Positions 11,406 through 26,704 are shown, numbered from the stretch's first letter. The stretch: DNA of 64,000 nt from Octopus vulgaris (GCA_951406725.2 OX597824.1:17670001-17734000), one strand, 5' to 3'. A program made the numbers and translations. Notes: generated from the sequence alone by a model not told the origin.

Positions 11406-12367
11406 CGTAACACACCAGAGCTTCATTTACTGTGACTTTTGGAAACATCCCCTGGTGCATTGCCACCAGCATTAACACGATCAGCACAAATGTTTCGCGA
11501 AGCTATCGCGCTCCATTACAGGAGTAATAAGTTTTCATTGTCAAGATTTCGTGTACAACAAACAACACTCGAAGTGGTGCAGATAAATTCATCTACACAG
11601 GAACGACAAGATCCCAGCTCACACATTTAATCACAACTGATAGAAAATACTGACAGAAGATATATCGCCTACACGTGTGCCTTTATTGAAAAGTTCACAG
11701 ATCTGTAGTTAAAACAAATCCACGCTGAAAATGCTGAAAAGTTATATAAAGCGACAAATAGTTCGTAACACGCGTCACGCAAATTCCTGTGACACACTGT
11801 AGTACCATGTGTATAAAAGAGAATTTATTCCTTTCTACATAACTTAAATAACACCCGCTCCAATTCTCCTCTTCTCCAAGTGGAATGACTGCGATTCAAC
11901 AAATGATGGGAGTAACACGTTCCTCTGGTCAAGTGGCTCATCTGCTGCCAGCTCCATCTGTATAGCAGTTTCGGTAAGCCGTGGCTGTGGACGAGCTTGC
12001 AGAGGACTGTATAACCACCATTGTTCCTACGCTCACACACTTTACAACGATATAGAGTCTTTTAGACAGCAAACATGATTAATGTTTTCGACTCCCGAAT
12101 GGTGGCTGGTGGCGTAAGACCCCGATTAGCTACACTGGGAATCATCAGGTTCGGAAGAACAATAAATAACCATTGACACATTGACACGGGTATTGAGTAC
12201 TGTGATTTAACCGCTTACTTACTCAAATGTATATGTCCGTCAGTGTGTGGGACAGTGTTTATGTATATATATATATATATATATCGCATACGAAGGCTAT
12301 ACAAGTGGGCTGCTTACATTTATAAAAGTACGTAACATTTGTCATATTACAATATATATATATACAC

Positions 12368-12446
<79 letters not shown>

Positions 12447-12501
12447 TATATACACATATATATACATACATACATACATATATATATACACATATATATA
12501 C

Positions 12502-12532
<31 letters not shown>

Positions 12533-12796
12533 AATTCGATTAAATAAATGAAAATGGAAAGTGTTTTGGAATAAGTAAAATTCATGCCATCGAATTGTCA
12601 TGTAAACGCAATTGTAATAAAAGACCCAACCTGGCTAATAACCATGCACGACTGATCTGGGGAGGGAATATTGTTTATGGAACTTAATTATATATCAAAG
12701 ACTCAGTGTTTATGTTACGATGAGAAAACGAACAACCACACTCTATTAACGTTCAAAGTCTTCACAGCGAGTGATAATTCACAAAAAGTGTAATCT

Positions 12797-12889
<93 letters not shown>

Positions 12890-12957
12890 ATAGATAGTTA
12901 GATACATACATATATATATATATATGTATATATATATTATATATGTATATATATATA

Positions 12958-13021
<64 letters not shown>

Positions 13022-13118
13022 CATATTTACATATATATACTTTTACATATACGTAAATATTTATATGTATGTATGAATATACATATCTATATCTATATAT
13101 ATATATATATATACGTTG

Positions 13119-13208
<90 letters not shown>

Positions 13209-13324
13209 GTATATATTATTTATATATATATATGTATATGTGTGTACGCATGTGTGTGTTTGTTTGTTTGTGTATATTCTTGTATGTGTGTGTGTTTGTA
13301 AATGAATTAAGGTAACTGTATTTA

Positions 13325-13690
13325 AAAAAACCAGTGAAGTGATAACCAGTCGGTTTGATTTCCGACGCTGCTGGTTTCAACCAACACTGAACTTCATAAA
13401 CAAATATAATAACGACAAGGGAGTTTATAGCAATGTTGAATTTACCGGTTTTATGGAATCCCGAAAGAATTTGTTGATAGGAGCAATACACCCTGTGTAA
13501 AATAACGAATTTTCTCAATTTTATTATTTTCCTGTGTATTTAGTTTCATTGTAGTGCCAACAAACTCAGTTTTCTGTTCAGATGTTAGATTCAACGCAAT
13601 GTTTCCCTGAAAAATTCTATATTTGTTGTATTGATATAAAATAAAATATATTTTCCTCAAATCAAATAGATTGGAGACGTACATACCTAT
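13325..13690 (-). mobile_element. Possible degraded Penelope-like ORF end
   Basis: Minus strand NLFDLRKIYFIL...LNRK/EFVG loosely resembles the CxLCxxEK...LNKRxE PLE C-terminus, followed by AAACCGGUA; weak. Confidence 0.3.
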
Positions 13691-13984
13691 ATCAGAGAGT
13701 TAGATTCAATTCAGCGTTAATTGCATATAAATACGCTGAATATCTATTGGTTCTTACCTTATAAGAGGAAGAAATATATGAACCAGGACAGTGTTTAAAA
13801 CAAATAAAATATGTATATTGTGACAATGAACGCCTACCGTATAAAACTAATGTAAAATATAAATTCGGCAGTATTACAGTATTACGTTAATTGCAGGTAT
13901 GTATATATGTACTTGTGTGTCTATTTTGTAATCGCACACACAGAGATATACAAATAACTACACGTATATACGAATATACATATT

Positions 13985-14089
<105 letters not shown>

Positions 14090-14189
14090 ATATATATATG
14101 GTATACAGACGTGCATATTTGTATATTTGTGAGTATTCATTCACATATGTAAACACATACACAAACACACATGCACTCTCACACACACA

Positions 14190-14276
<87 letters not shown>

Positions 14277-15383
14277 GATAAATTATGAAGAAATACATAC
14301 ATGTAGCATGTGTGTATACATTTCCGTATATATATATATATATGGACATCCGCCTGTACGCATGCAGGGAAAATGAGAAATACAGTTCTAATTCAGCTTC
14401 TTTTTACTTTTGCTTTTTTTTTCTTAAGTATCTGAAAACAACACTTCAGCACTGAGCAGATTTTTTCCCCCCTCATCATCTGTCACGCGTCAAACTGCTA
14501 AATATAATTTCTACCCAATAGCTCTGTGATATTCTCCGTGCAAATCAGTGCTTTATAGTTTTCACGCTACGACCATTCAGAGTAGATTTTCACTGATGGA
14601 CCACTGTTATGGCTTCCAGCGAATAACCAGCGTCATAAATTTCCCTCGTTGAACACAATATTTGATTTGATACATTGATCGCTGAAGAGCTTATGTTCAT
14701 TGACCGCCATTATGGTTTCGTCTTAATGATCATCATTACTGTTTGGCTGACGAACCACAATTATCGCTTCTATTCAATAACCCTCCATTAATGGCTTCCG
14801 CTTGCTGAGCACACATTAGTGCGTGCACGAAGATATTGTGTAATTCTTTTCGATAGCATATATATTCCATGTTGTAATGAAAGAACTCCAGATTAGTGGG
14901 ACTATCTTACAGAATTCCCCATTAATCCTTCTCCTAATGGTTTTCAGGATTATTTTATAAAATGGGATACGGCTTTGTTGCTGAAACAAACTATTAAGAT
15001 ACAAAACCAGAAACTATAAAACATCATTATGGAGTTGTTAGTTACCCTGCTATTTAATTCCCGTCAAAATATTTCTTTCTCAATATGCTGGATGTTTGTG
15101 TAAGTGAGCAATAAACAAGAGAAGTAACGGGTATATTACACAATATTATATTCTCTCATACAATGAATCACTCAAAGCACTCCTCCTCCCGGAATTACAT
15201 GACTTTCTTACCAAACCATAATGTTGCTGCGCAATGCCCTGATACGCATATGTAGTTTATCGGCCATTGAAAACACTAGCTTTGCTTTTTTTAGCTTGAT
15301 CATATATACATACATATATGTGTGTGTGCGCGTGTGTATGTGTGTGTGTGTGTGTCCCTCTCTGTCCTCTCTTTTTCTTTCTG

Positions 15384-15446
<63 letters not shown>

Positions 15447-15500
15447 TATATATGTATATATGTATATAAGTGTATGTATATATATATATATATACGTGTG

Positions 15501-15531
<31 letters not shown>

Positions 15532-15662
15532 CTTTTTTGTATATGCGTGCGATGTGTTCGTATCTGTATGTGTGAGTGTATACATGCATACACGCATATA
15601 TAAATACATATACATATATAATATACAAACACACGCACATACTGTTTCATACACACATCCCC

Positions 15663-15747
<85 letters not shown>

Positions 15748-16700
15748 GTATATATATATATATATATACATACGTGTGTGTATGTATGGAGAGAGAGAGA
15801 GAGAGAGAAAGAGTGAGTGACGAAGCAGTTAGCGGCCAGCATTTTAGCCTACTCTTTTCACTCGCATAATCTCTGCTATATCCAAGAGCTCCCTGAGCTT
15901 CACATAAAACGGAACAGTAATAATAAGCTGAAATTTGTGTGGGAGGAGGGCGAATATGTTTTCGGTTGCAACTAATTAAGCATGATCTATTGACACATTT
16001 CCGTATTAAACACAGTCACATTAGGTTTCCTAGGTGGAAGGTGAACGTACAGTAACACATCCTATGTCACTGCTTTGCTAGGCTTCACTCCACATTTCTT
16101 TAAATGAAACACCTTATACACAAAATCCCTCCCATGATACGACTGTCCATTCTATTATTAATTCCCCTATTCTGAAACTCAAGCGACGTTGGACGTATCA
16201 GAACAAACTTAACGATCTACGATTCACTAATCCTTTATCCAACTAGCCGAGGTCTCTGTACACTTAATCGATTCGGATTATATTGTACGCTATCATCAAC
16301 CAGTTTGTACTCAATTAATTTACCAATGTTACTATCAGGGATATGGGAATAGCCAATAAAAATCTCGGACCCATTACTAACTCTCGTATTCGATGGGTAT
16401 TCATGCAGTCTTTCACATTCTTGTTTCATTGGTTTATATATAAAATATGTATTTTGGGGCTATGTAGGATTGGTTGCGTGCCTTTCACTCGATACATCTA
16501 GCTCTATGCATGGAATCCATGTTGGAGGTGGAGTTGAATTCTGCTGCGTTAAACAACGAACAATCAGGTTAATATAATAGATATTCACTACAGAATTAAA
16601 CTGCATTGTGTCAGAGAAAATAGGAAAGTAACATACTTTATATATTTCGTCTTTGAATTTGGTTTGCAAGATTCTTTATATGGGTTCGTGTGTTGAAGCA

Positions 16701-16915
16701 TATTCTATTGTGTCTGGGGAAAGTCATATTCTTTTTGTGCCTTATAATATAACACACTCACCGGTAAAAGAGAGTCAAGACTATTGAAAAAGGTTGCAAG
16801 ACGCAACGAAAGTTTTAGGAAAAAAATAAGAAGAAAAAAGTGGTAATTTTACCGGTGAGTGTGTTACATTATAAGGCACAAAAAGAATATGACTCTCTCC
16901 AGACACAACAGAATA
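16701..16915. mobile_element. Fold-back element (about 69-bp arms) enclosing a degenerate hammerhead (16781-16818, +)
   Basis: Arms 16701-16769 / 16847-16915; loop contains CUA-UUGAAAA-AG-GUUGC-AAGAC-GCAAC-GAAAGUUU-UAG. Confidence 0.75.
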
Positions 16916-17369
16916 CTTTATATAGTAAGCTATCAAATGAGAATCATTTGAAATGATATCTTAATTGGGAACCTTGGTAAATTTAGCAAGGAAAGACAAC
17001 ACTGGGATTTAATTAGAAATAAAATTGTAGAATGGAGTAAGTTTATACCTGGACGTACTTGGCAAATCCGAGCAATTTTTGGCTTTGATCTTGGTTTAAC
17101 ACAGCTAATCATATGAAGCGGAATGTGATCGTGGGGTCCAGAGAATTAAGCTACGCCAAAAGCATTTGCATGCTTCCGAGATCTCCGGTATTCCAGTCAT
17201 TAAATTAAAGGCTGTGGAATGAATATATATTTAGTTGGCAAAAAGGGATTGTCAGAAAAATTAGGTTATGTGTAAGAAGGCCAGGAAAGAAGCGATGGAT
17301 AGACATCAGTATTTCCACGGAGATAATATAAAACGGGACAAGTCAAGGAGAAAAGTCTTAGTAACGGTT

Positions 17370-17788
17370 AGGAGTGGCTGTGTGGTAAGTAGCTTGCTTA
17401 CCAACCACATGGTTCCGGGTTCAGTCCCATTGCGTGGCACCTTGGGCAAGTGTCTTCTACTATAGCCTCGGGCCAACCAAAGCCTTGTGAGTGGATTTGG
17501 TAGACGGAAACTGAAAGAAGCCCGTTGTATATATGTATATATATATATATGTATGTGTGTATATATGTTTGTATGTCTGTGTTTGTCCCCCCTAACATTG
17601 CTTGACAACCGATGCTTGTGCGTTTACGTACCTGTAACTTAGCGGTTCGGCAAAAGAGACCGATAGAATACACGTACTGGGCTTACAAAGAATAAGTCCC
17701 GGGGTCGATTTGCTCGACAAAAGGCGGTGCTCCAGCATGGCCACAGTCAAATGACTGAAACAAGTAAAAGAGTAAAGAGTAAAAGAGA
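17370..17788 (+). mobile_element. SINE family B, full length
   Basis: Same modules as 9295 and 60134; tail (gtaaaaga)n. Confidence 0.93.
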
Positions 17789-18092
17789 GTGTTGTGATGA
17801 CAACACTTTTGCTATCCATTCAATCATAATTACTGTTTAAAATAACCACAACAAAACTGAATACATTTGAGATGAAAAACTCGAAACTTCGTCTTAATTG
17901 CAATGACATAAATGTAGATCTATGTTTTCTAAATATGTGATAAATTCTTTGATTTATATCACGTAATAAATGATATTTTCAACATTCAGAATTTGAATCT
18001 GGTGGATAAGGTTGAAGAGCGTCAAGTAAAATATATAATATACAATTCACACAAACACAGACGTATGCAATATGAGTATCTGTGTATGTGTA

Positions 18093-18385
<293 letters not shown>

Positions 18386-18396
18386 TTACACATACA

Positions 18397-18439
<43 letters not shown>

Positions 18440-18647
18440 AAATATATATGTGTGTGTGTGTATGTATGTATGTACATATATATCAATTTGTGTCTGTATG
18501 CTAAATTAGTGCAGAAGAAAAAGTATTTTTAAAATTTGTAATATGTGATGTTATGGAACAAAATATAAGCATTAGCAATCAGATACAGAGACACACACAC
18601 ATATACACACATAAAGGATGCACATGCAGTAATATGCATACATACAT

Positions 18648-18697
<50 letters not shown>

Positions 18698-18959
18698 AAC
18701 ACATGCATACACGCACGCACATATACACACACACATATATATTTATATATTTGTGTGCATAGAAATCAGACTATCGCTGTCAAAACGCGCGCCTGCTTTT
18801 GTGCATCTCCTCTAATAATACAATCACAGCACTGCACCAATTGTGTGCAGGTAACTGGATGTGTTTGCACGTGCATACGTGTGCAGCAGTCAACTTTGTG
18901 TTCTTTATCTTTTTTTTCTTTTCACATCATTACTTTCTGTTTGCTTAGCTATTTCCGTA

Positions 18960-19078
18960 GATACACACACACACACACACCAACACACGTGCGCACACAT
19001 TTATGCATGTGTATATATATGTATATGTATCTATATATATATATATAAATATACATATATATATACTTATATATATAC

Positions 19079-19145
<67 letters not shown>

Positions 19146-19171
19146 TATATATATGAACATATGTATATACG

Positions 19172-19204
<33 letters not shown>

Positions 19205-19540
19205 TATTGTATGTATTTACATATATATACACACCCGCACACATATATATACATATATATGTGTGTGTACATATATATATAGATATAAATTCATATACGT
19301 ATACGCTAACAAATATGTACACACACACACACAGATATATATATATACATTTATATACACACATATGTATAAATGTGTATGTACAAATATATCTATATCT
19401 ACACACATATATATATATATGCACATACATAAATATACACACATGTATATATATATATATAAATTTATATAAATTTATATACACAAACGCATTCATATAT
19501 GTACTCACATTCACATACACACACACACACACATATATGT
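18960..19540. repeat. Degenerate (TA)n/(CA)n array, representative of dozens across the window
   Basis: Read directly. Confidence 0.95.
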
Positions 19541-19969
19541 GTGGGAGTACCAAGGAAGATAACTCATACATCTAGTAAAATGAGGAAGCAATTTTCTGTA
19601 TGAGATCTTTAAATATTTGTTTGCTTCAATTTTATTGATGTCACCAGTTCAAAGAAATTTTACGGAAGCCATAGCAAACACTGTAATCAAGTGCAGAAAA
19701 TATTTATATTCAAACATTGAACACATCCGAGTATGCGAAGGATATGGCATTTGGTTCATTTATAAGTAAATGTATATGTGTTGGTGTACGTTTGTTCGAA
19801 TGTAACAAAGTGCATACATACGTGTGTGCGCATACGTACATACACACACACACATAGATAAAGATATATACACACACAGATAGACATGCATGTGCTTATA
19901 TTTAAGTGCATGTTAGCATATAAATGTATACATGAATATCTACGTGTGCATATACACATGCTCATATAC

Positions 19970-20004
<35 letters not shown>

Positions 20005-20007
20005 CGT

Positions 20008-20068
<61 letters not shown>

Positions 20069-20096
20069 CAGAGAGAGGGGGTAGATAAAGAAATCA

Positions 20097-20570
<474 letters not shown>

Positions 20571-20817
20571 GCACAGATGTGTAGATGAGTAATTATACAT
20601 GTGTGCGTTTGTTTTTTGTGTGTGTCTGTATTTGGTGTATGTGTATATTCCCCTATATAGATATGCACACATCAAATAATTTGCATTGTTACATAAGGGG
20701 TTTTTAGGTTTCTCTCATTGTCTGTTTGAAAAATTTTCATCATACGCACACGGAAATATATACACACCGTTGTTGGATGCATGTGCCCATTCAAAATACA
20801 GTTGCACAAACATATAC

Positions 20818-20871
<54 letters not shown>

Positions 20872-22235
20872 TTCTGTTCATTTATATGTGTGTGCCTCTG
20901 TGTTTGTGTATAGATGTGTGTGTCTATGCACCTATAAATCAATATGTATGGATGTCCATGTATAAATGCGTCCATGTTTTTGTACATCTATGTATGACAG
21001 TTCTGTAAATTATTTCCCTATCAATACGTGTGTGCTATTGAATTTCTGGTTCTGTTGAGCATTTGAGAAATCCTTTTGTTAGCCACAGATATATTTCAAC
21101 TCCGGGATAAACAGGAAGATGTGTTCATTGAATAAGAATCCTTTTTCAATATAAACATTTTATCTCCCTCCCTAACACTCTCTTACACGCTCTTTTCTTT
21201 TTCACCTCACTCACTATATCTCGTCCGTTCTTTCCCTCTCTCACTTTCTCACTCTCGTATTCTTTTCTAGTATCATTGATGTGAAATCATAAAATGACAT
21301 AGTTATATTTGGAATGGAAATCCCACTGCGTTAACCCCCTTAGGACAACGGTTGAGTCTGTCATCTTGAGAAAGGAAAAATATAAAGTTGACTGACCCAG
21401 GCAAGTATGATTATTACACAATTGCTTATATTCTATAGTTTTTTCTCCCCCCCACTCGCTCTCTCATGCCTATAATAAACATATTTTTTAAAACTCTCGT
21501 GATGCATCCCATTCAAATGAATGCAAACGCACTCGCTTAAAGCGCCGTGGAAACTTTTATTATTATCATTATTATTATCATTATTATTATTGTTATTATT
21601 ATTATTATTATTATTATTGCCATCTCTAATATCCAATAATGTGACCAGTATTGTTTAGAATCATCTATTGTCTCCCGCTGCGTTTATGTCGTTGGAGTTA
21701 GCTCACGTTTCTATTAATAATATAGATTGCCAAAGGTCTGATTGGTTGGCAGTAAGGGTAGAACGGTATATAGTTCGATATGGTTGTCTCGAAATCCTGC
21801 GTTCGATTCATACCAAATTATAATTTTGATTTTCGTCAAATATCGTAATGTAGATCATACAGCTGTAAAATATAGCTCTAAAATATACATGGAATGAATT
21901 GATGTGAGTGTACACAAATGGGTAGCTAATTAAATGTGCGGTTAATTAACACACAATTTACTACTGTTACTTAGTAAATGCAATGATCCTCACTGATATA
22001 CACAAATATGATGATCCAAACTGCAATACTACTTTCAGTTTCCTTTTTGGATGTATGAAATTTTGGTTTCAACTATTCACCCGAGTTCCGTCTCTCTACC
22101 TCACTGTCTCTCACTCTCTCTCCCTCTCTCTTACTTTCTTTCTCTCTATCTCTCTATATAGATAAATATATTGATCGAAACATATGTACTTATATACATA
22201 AACACACATTAATATATATATATATATATATACAC

Positions 22236-22309
<74 letters not shown>

Positions 22310-22312
<3 letters not shown>

Positions 22313-22462
22313 TCTTTATTGGCCACGCACGGCTGAACACAGAAGGGACAAAATAATGCAAAGTATATCTTTCCTTTTGGGAAGAAGGAAAAAAAGAGGG
22401 AGCAAATTCTGATCAAAAGGGATCGTAAAAAAAAGTGGGGACCGACCAATGTGGATCGGTTA
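22310..22462 (-). mobile_element. 3' end of a retroposon sharing its terminus with SINE family A
   Basis: tttctttattggccacgcacggctgaacacagaagggacaaa matches the SINE A tail (tttctttattgcccacagg..ctaaacacagagaggacaaa), then diverges. Confidence 0.6.
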
Positions 22463-22469
22463 AAGGAAT

Positions 22470-22591
22470 CGATAGAATAAGTACTAGGCTTACAAAGAAT
22501 AAGTCCTGGGGTCGATTTGCTCGACTAAAGGCGGTGCTGTAGCATGGCTGCAGTCAAATGACTGAAACAAGTAAAAGAGACTAAAAGAGAG
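22470..22591 (+). mobile_element. 5'-truncated SINE family B
   Basis: gatagaataagtactaggcttacaaagaataagtcctggggtcgatttgctcgac...aagtaaaagag. Confidence 0.9.
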
Positions 22592-22689
22592 TACATACGT
22601 GTACTCACACACACAAACATGCACATATATATACACGTGACATGGAAGAACAGATTCATACATATACATATATATATATATATATATAT

Positions 22690-22885
22690 ATGAAAAAACA
22701 AGTCAAAAATAGAAAATGCTAAGATAATTTTATAGTGAATCTTTCAGTACCGGTTTCGGTCATTTTGGGACCTTTTCAACTGTAACGATTAAATAATTAA
22801 ATTTAGAAAAATTAGAAGAAAAGGTTTTTTTAAAAGAATATTTCTGTAGTAGTGTTCAGATATAAGTAGCATTCTGCCTTTCTCT
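22690..22885 (-). mobile_element. Penelope-like pseudo-LTR fragment (family of 51513-51786)
   Basis: Sequence identity to 51605-51786 in opposite orientation; (TA)n flanks. Confidence 0.8.
22745..22782 (-). ncRNA. Minimal type I hammerhead, U3:A8 variant
   Basis: CAG-UUGAAAA-GGUC-CCAAAAU-GACC-GAAAC-CG-GUA-CUG. Confidence 0.75.
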
Positions 22886-22916
22886 GACTCCCTTGTTTGC
22901 ACTTATATATATATAT

Positions 22917-23340
22917 AAGAAAATAGTAAAGAGTGAAAAAACGACAGAAGGCTTAAATGTTAAAGAATATATATATTTGCGTCAATATGTCTGGAGAATA
23001 TTGGAAAAATTTTTTTTCCCTTCTTATAATGACATAATTTTATAATTTTTAAAGAAAGACCGGTTTCGCATTTAGCTCTTCAAATTTCTTGCGACGTAAT
23101 GTTTATCTTTAATAGCGTTATCCTTGTTTTTTGCTACGGAGAGTTCTAAATAAGGGAAGGTAGTGCGTGATTTCTTCCGGTGTAAGGGAGATAATCGCTT
23201 AAAAATTTTTTTTTCCTTTTTCTCTTAGTGTGAATTTCTCTGAATTATTATGTTTGGATAGTTGAGTCTGGGTTTGTACTTTTCAATGAAGAATGTTTCC
23301 TTGTCTAGTCTAATTTGTGTTGATGATCCGAAAGCACATT
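22917..23340 (-). mobile_element. Penelope-like element 3' end: GIY-YIG C-terminus + pseudo-LTR
   Basis: Minus-strand peptide CAFGSSTQIRLDKETFFIEKYKPRLNYP (RxxKExxFIxxxKPxLN motif), followed about 150 nt later by a hammerhead; (TA)n at both ends. Confidence 0.8.
23053..23089 (-). ncRNA. Minimal hammerhead, U3-G8 variant
   Basis: AGAAA-U-UUGAAGA-GC-UAAAU-GC-GAAAC-CG-GUC-UUUCU. Confidence 0.65.
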
Positions 23341-23341
23341 A

Positions 23342-23380
<39 letters not shown>

Positions 23381-23827
23381 GTATATATAGTGCAGGTTTA
23401 AACTACAACCAGAATCCCATTCTCACTCTGACATACAAAGAAGCAAACATAATCACATACACACGTACGTTCGCCAAATGCACCGCTGAATCGCACCGAA
23501 CCCGAAACAACGGATTTCTGCATTAGGTCACAGCTGTTGTATATTAAAGCCACGCTCGTTCTGGCAGTGCACGTAGCGATCGAAAGAGTTTGAACATGGG
23601 CACTGCCTTCAAAAGTATATCGGACAATACGTTTGCTACACATTACGAATTTTCTTTTTTACTTGTCCAGGTTTATAAAGTTGTCCAACGTCGTTGCCCA
23701 AGCTATAATCAACGGTTCATTTATTAAATCAGAGAGAGAGAGATGGAAACATGCTTTGTTAGTCGTGAGGATTTTGTTATATCTTTTCATTGAGAACAAG
23801 TTTAATGGAATACAGTTCTATATTTAA

Positions 23828-24047
23828 CCCTTTAGTGTTCAGATTACTCTGTTAAATGTAATACTTTTTCACTCAGATTGTTTTGAATTGATCATGCATT
23901 ATCTTATAGCTTTGAGGTTTCAATGATGTGATTGTTTATTTTTAGAATGTCAATGTAGGTTAGGTGTGAGAGGCTAGATATCACCAGTTTGAATATAAAA
24001 CTTGTAGAATATTTGGGCTGGATATGGCCGGTTTAAACACTAAAGGG
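23828..24047. mobile_element. piggyBac-type MITE (220 bp)
   Basis: TTAA on both sides (23824-27, 24048-51) and 12-bp TIR CCCTTTAGTGTT...AACACTAAAGGG. Confidence 0.88.
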
Positions 24048-24125
24048 TTAAGAGATGAGGAATTATGTGCATTATTTACATTATTTACATTCGATGGATA
24101 TTTGTCCTCATCTTGTTTGTTGTTG

Positions 24126-24170
24126 ACTCAACGTTCCGGCTGATATACACTCCAGCCTTCTTCAGGTGTC
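24126..24170 (-). ncRNA. Hammerhead, mutated (GGAA in place of GAAA)
   Basis: GACAC-CUGAAGA-A-GGCUG...CAGCC-GGAAC-GUU-GAGUC. Confidence 0.65.
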
Positions 24171-24220
24171 TTGGGAAAATTTCGAACCTGGGTTCTCATT
24201 GCTAAGGTATTTTTCAATGT

Positions 24221-24308
<88 letters not shown>

Positions 24309-24392
24309 TCATTGCTATTGCTTGGAATCTTGGGGTTTGTAGCCCGCGCTCTTACCCATTACGCCATATGTCCAGGTTCGAAATTTTCCCAA

Positions 24393-24438
24393 GACACCTG
24401 AAGAAGGCTGGAAGGTATATCAACCGAAACGTTGTGTT
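24393..24438 (+). ncRNA. Minimal type I hammerhead
   Basis: GACAC-CUGAAGA-A-GGCUG...CAACC-GAAAC-GUU-GUGUU; palindromic stem III AACGUU. Confidence 0.8.
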
Positions 24439-24485
24439 AACAACAAACAAGATGAGGACAAATATCCGTCGAATGTAGATAATGT

Positions 24486-24768
24486 AAAGGCAAAGTCGAC
24501 CTCTGCGGAATTTGAACTCAGAACGTAACGGCAGACGAAATACCTATTTCTCTACTACCCACAATGGGCTAAACACAGAGAGGACAAACGGGGAAAACAA
24601 ACGGATTAAGTCGATTATATCGACCCCAATGCGTAACTGGTACTTATTTAATCGACCCCGAAAGGATGAAAGTCGATCTCGGCGGAATTTGAACTCAGAA
24701 CGTAAAGACAGACGAAATACTGCTAAGTTTTTCGCCCGGCGTGCTAACGATTCTGCCAGCTCGCCGCC
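24486..24768 (-). mobile_element. SINE family A, full copy (24545-24768) plus partial copy (24486-24544)
   Basis: Match to 49083-49313. Confidence 0.9.
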
Positions 24769-25288
24769 TTAACGTCTTATTAATTATAATAACGATAATA
24801 AGAATAATAATAGCAACAACAACAACAACGACATAAATGAGAACAACAAGAATGATAGCAACAACAAACAGTAATAAATATAATGAATGCGCAAAGCTAA
24901 TAAAAATCAGCGATAGTAGCTCTGTGCCAAAGAGAACATCTGGGAAATAATATTCTGCCATAATTTTCCGTAAAGATTATGATGATTAAAGATAAGTATT
25001 AGGGCGTTGTATTTAATTACTGCTTATATTTAATTGCTCCAGTAAAGGAAATATCAATCAATACAGCTAGATGAAGATGTTGCCGAGATGCTGTCACTGT
25101 TAAATATTTTACAGATCGCACAAATTGATAACTGTTTGAAGTTCAAACCTGCGACTACCAACCAATGCTGGCTGGGAGGTGTCATTTCTATACACTGCTT
25201 CACTCACGTACTATCAGTGCACTTCAATACATACGTACACACACACACACCGAAACATATACATACATACATACATATATATATATGC

Positions 25289-25321
<33 letters not shown>

Positions 25322-25393
25322 ATATATTATATATATATATATACATATACATATACATATATATATATATATATATTCATATATAAATATATG

Positions 25394-25507
<114 letters not shown>

Positions 25508-25543
25508 TATATGTATATATATATATATGTACACCCACTCACC

Positions 25544-25585
<42 letters not shown>

Positions 25586-25785
25586 GGGAAAGAGAGGGAG
25601 AATGTCTATATAAAAAGAAGCATATATATGCACATACGCACATAAATATGATTATATAAACGATGCATATAAGTGTGTGTTTGTGAGAGAGGGAGGGAGT
25701 GAGAGATAATTTATATTAAACTCACACATATTTGTATACACACACATGCTCATATATAATTTATTTATATATCTGTAAATCTATC

Positions 25786-25832
<47 letters not shown>

Positions 25833-25953
25833 TTGTTGGTTGTGCGTGTGTATATATATCTACCTTCCTTCCTCTCTCTCTCTCTTTTTCTCTGTATCTC
25901 TCTCTTTCGCCTTCACTCACTTCCGTTATCTTTCTTTACATATAAACATACGA

Positions 25954-26016
<63 letters not shown>

Positions 26017-26638
26017 ACTATAAACTGTATATAGAGGACTTCATGTTGCTATAAAGAACTTGTAAGTAAATGTTTCCTCCATATATCGTTGAGCATATGT
26101 GGGTGTTAGACGGACATTTTAAAATCGGTCCCAATATATCTATAAGCAAAAAAAAAATATGGTGATGTTGGAGTTTCTCGTCAACACACTTGGGATTAGA
26201 TGCCTACTTAGAGCAAGAAGACCTCTGGTGTTATTATGGTCGTAACCAACATTTCGTTTTGTTTCCCATGATGGTGGTATTAACTTCCGTTAAAGTTTCA
26301 TGCGATGTGTTTATATATAAATCAAAGGAGGTACCATTTAAATTACAAACTCACCATCTTTCTAAGCATATGTGCATGTATGCAAGTAAATATGCATGTA
26401 TATATGCATGTATATATTATGTATGTATCTATCTATTTCTCTCTCTCTCTCTCTCTCGCTATATATAATATCTTATAATTATGAGTATAATTATAATTTG
26501 GGTTCAGCAAAGATTTGCTTTACCACATACCGAACTTACTTCAGAAATAGCAGCCAAAGAACCTTAGCTATTTCTTCTACTATAAGAAGAAGCTATAAGA
26601 AGAAATTAATTAATTAATTTTACCCTTTATTATTATTG

Positions 26639-26704
<66 letters not shown>

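Larger units (their letters stand above)
24076..24488. mobile_element. Head-to-head fold-back Penelope-like element with two hammerheads
   Basis: Arms 24076-24191 / 24372-24488; the spacer holds (AAT)n(TAT)n and a tRNA-like SINE head (24322-24370, minus). Confidence 0.88.

Noticed and set aside
11825-12040. Short minus-strand ORFs as a possible exon
   Set aside because: No recognisable domain or convincing splice context.
23563-23607. Hairpin with miR-34-like seed (GGCAGUG)
   Set aside because: Only 8 contiguous bp pair; the rest does not match miR-34 or a pre-miRNA fold.
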